Below are positions 62,040-64,000 of a stretch of 64,000 bases of DNA, one piece after another. The position numbers and the translations under genes were made by a program. The DNA is taken from positions 93,992,001 through 94,056,000 of the forward strand of contig NC_086099.1 in NCBI RefSeq assembly GCF_963921235.1, given 5' to 3'. The notes below the pieces were generated by a model. That model saw only the letters and a list, made by a program, of their open reading frames with translations. It did not search any database and had not been told where the DNA came from. How positions within the stretch are numbered: position 1 is the stretch's first letter; every line of letters starts with the position of its first letter. This stretch comes from Mobula hypostoma (taxonomy: Eukaryota).

Positions 62040-62945
62040 TTGTGAATGCAACAAACTGTGGATAAAGCAGTTGATACCAGCATTTAGAATTCTATCAAGC
62101 ATTTAGTAAAGTGTCAACACAAAAGGTTTCTGCCCAAGGCAAGTGCACAGTTGGATGGGGGGGGGGGGAATGATTGTTGGAAGAGAGGTAACACTAGTAT
62201 GAACAGAGAATTGGATGACCATTACAAAAACAGTCTAGATAAATGAGTTGGTAACTTTGATAATAAATTTACTTTGAACTTTGAAGTAGTTGTCAGATAA
62301 AGTAAATGCAGAGAAAAATAGGTTATCCTCTACAAAAAAGGTAAACATTATTTAAAAGGAGTAAAGGTACAAAATGTATTGTTTATAGAGATCTTAGGGC
62401 TCTGGTACATGAACCAAAAGTTATGGCTCAAACACAACAATTAGAAAGAGTAATTGAAAAATCACATTTATTCCCAGGAGAGTATAAAAATAATGGCTTG
62501 ATGCAACTTTACACAGAGCTTTACTGGTGAGATACACCTGTAGTATTGCAAATAGTTTTGATCTTCATATAAGGATGTATGGTACTTGTATAAAAAATAA
62601 AAAGCTCATTTTGTTACCTTTTAGAAAGAAGGGGTTGACTTGTACTTAAGAGCTTAGAAGAGTGAAAGAAATTTGTATTGAAACATTGAAGATTCTGAGG
62701 GGGTTTGACAGAATGAATGCTGAGAGTATGATATCCCAGTAAGGGTACCTAGAAAGAAGGCAGAGTCCAAAATAACAGTAATGAAGAGAAATGTCTTCTG
62801 GCAGAGGTTTCAGGCTCTGGAATTTTCCTACTCCAGAGTCAAAGACAGAGGAAATTAGACAGGCATGGGGAGACCAAGATTCAATCAGCCATCTTATTAA
62901 AAGGTAGTGCAAGCTCAAGGGCCAACAGGCCTACCTCCACCTACA
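62040..62945 (+). mobile_element. Old CR1 LINE remnant
   Basis: Degenerate DF.KAF.KV.H and IETLKILRGFDR segments followed by a CR1 tail. Confidence 0.55.
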
Positions 62946-62998
62946 TTTACACATTGGTAGGAGATGCATGGCAATGAATCATTCTTAAAAGTAGAATA

Positions 62999-63790
62999 CA
63001 GTTGGCCCTCCTTATCTGTGAGTTAAGCATGCGCGAATTCAACCAACCGCAAATCGAGAAAACCTGGAAGTGCTCTTCTAGCACTTGTTATTCAAACATG
63101 TACAAACTTTTTTTTCTTGTCATAATTCCCTAAACAATGCAGTATAACAACTATTTACATTGTATTAGGTATTATAAGCAATCTAGAGATGATTTAGAAG
63201 TATACGGGAAGATGTGCGCAGGTTATCGTGGATCGGGATCAGAAAAAAAAACAGAAGTTCTCTTACTAAGTAAGTCGGAACAGGTACATCCGGTATTACT
63301 TAGTGTCAGTTAGTCAAACGTTTGGCTTAATATATCGTATATATTTTACCTCTCTATGCATATAAAACACTTAAGAAACGTACGTTTCAGCGCCGGGCTC
63401 AGGAACGGAAGTTCCTGAGTTCGATCCAGTGACAGACCGCTCCCGAGCGCTCTCCATCCGTGCCAGGTTGATGTGAAGGACCAAAAACCCAAAAATTAAA
63501 CCACTGCGTTACTGCGTAATAATTATAGCTTTCATCGGGGCAGGGCCTTTCTCACTTTATCCTTTAAAATTGTTCCATTCGTTGACCGACTGTAGCTTAG
63601 CGCTTTTCCAATGACAGATGGCATTTCACCTCTTTCTAATCGCTTTATTATTTCCAATTTATTTTCAATCGTGATCGTGATTATTTCGTGAACAGAAACA
63701 CAGCGGATTCAGAGCTCCACCGCCGGGTCCTAATGTCCACTGCACTGAGACAAGTTAAATAAGGTCTGGGGTTCCGCTGGGTCCTAAGAT
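62999..63790 (-). mobile_element. Tigger/pogo-like DNA transposon fragment
   Basis: TA-CAGTTGGCCCTCCTTATC TIR. The - strand gives ITITIENKLEIIKRLERGE..SVIGKALSYSRST.GTILKDK (CENP-B-type HTH). Confidence 0.7.
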
Positions 63791-64000
63791 TCACCACAGT
63801 GGAAAACTGCCAGTGAGTGAGTGGAGCTTTGAGGCTTTGACTCGAGAGATTCTGGCAGTATTGGCAGTTGGTCTGTGCAATCAAGTCAATCAAGATTTCA
63901 ATAGATCAGCAGAAAGCCGTTGATTAGACACTCAAGATTTGAATAGTTCAGACTCAGCAGAAAGCAGCTGATTGGGCAATCGAGGTCAGGTGACCAAGCA

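Overview
Vertebrate nuclear DNA, most likely a cartilaginous fish. This is inferred from the repeat complement: HE1-like V-SINEs, HER1/CR1 LINEs, Rex1/Babar LINEs and Penelope-like elements. The first ~11.1 kb is a G-rich 29-31 bp satellite with TTAGGG in the consensus unit and higher-order periodicity. Next come two coding exons of a VAMP8-like R-SNARE on the + strand (probable VAMP9 ortholog). A complete HNRNPD (AUF1) gene lies on the - strand (7 coding exons, 330 aa, CpG-island promoter). The 3' half of its tandem paralog HNRNPDL follows, also on the - strand. Between the two hnRNP genes are an internally deleted retrovirus-like provirus (LTRs, 5-bp TSD, tRNA-Leu-like PBS, PPT, decayed gag and protease, open integrase ORF), nested in a Rex1 LINE, and a Tc1 transposon. 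The most notable signals are: (i) a paralog-shared 3'UTR poison-exon acceptor folded into the same hairpin in both genes; (ii) candidate unannotated exons in the equivalent intron of both genes that would delete the PY-NLS; (iii) minimal hammerhead ribozyme motifs in young Penelope-derived elements, and a ~1.1 kb Penelope palindrome in an intron; (iv) the env-less provirus, which retains retroviral-type splice sites. All calls were made by eye; no database searches were run.
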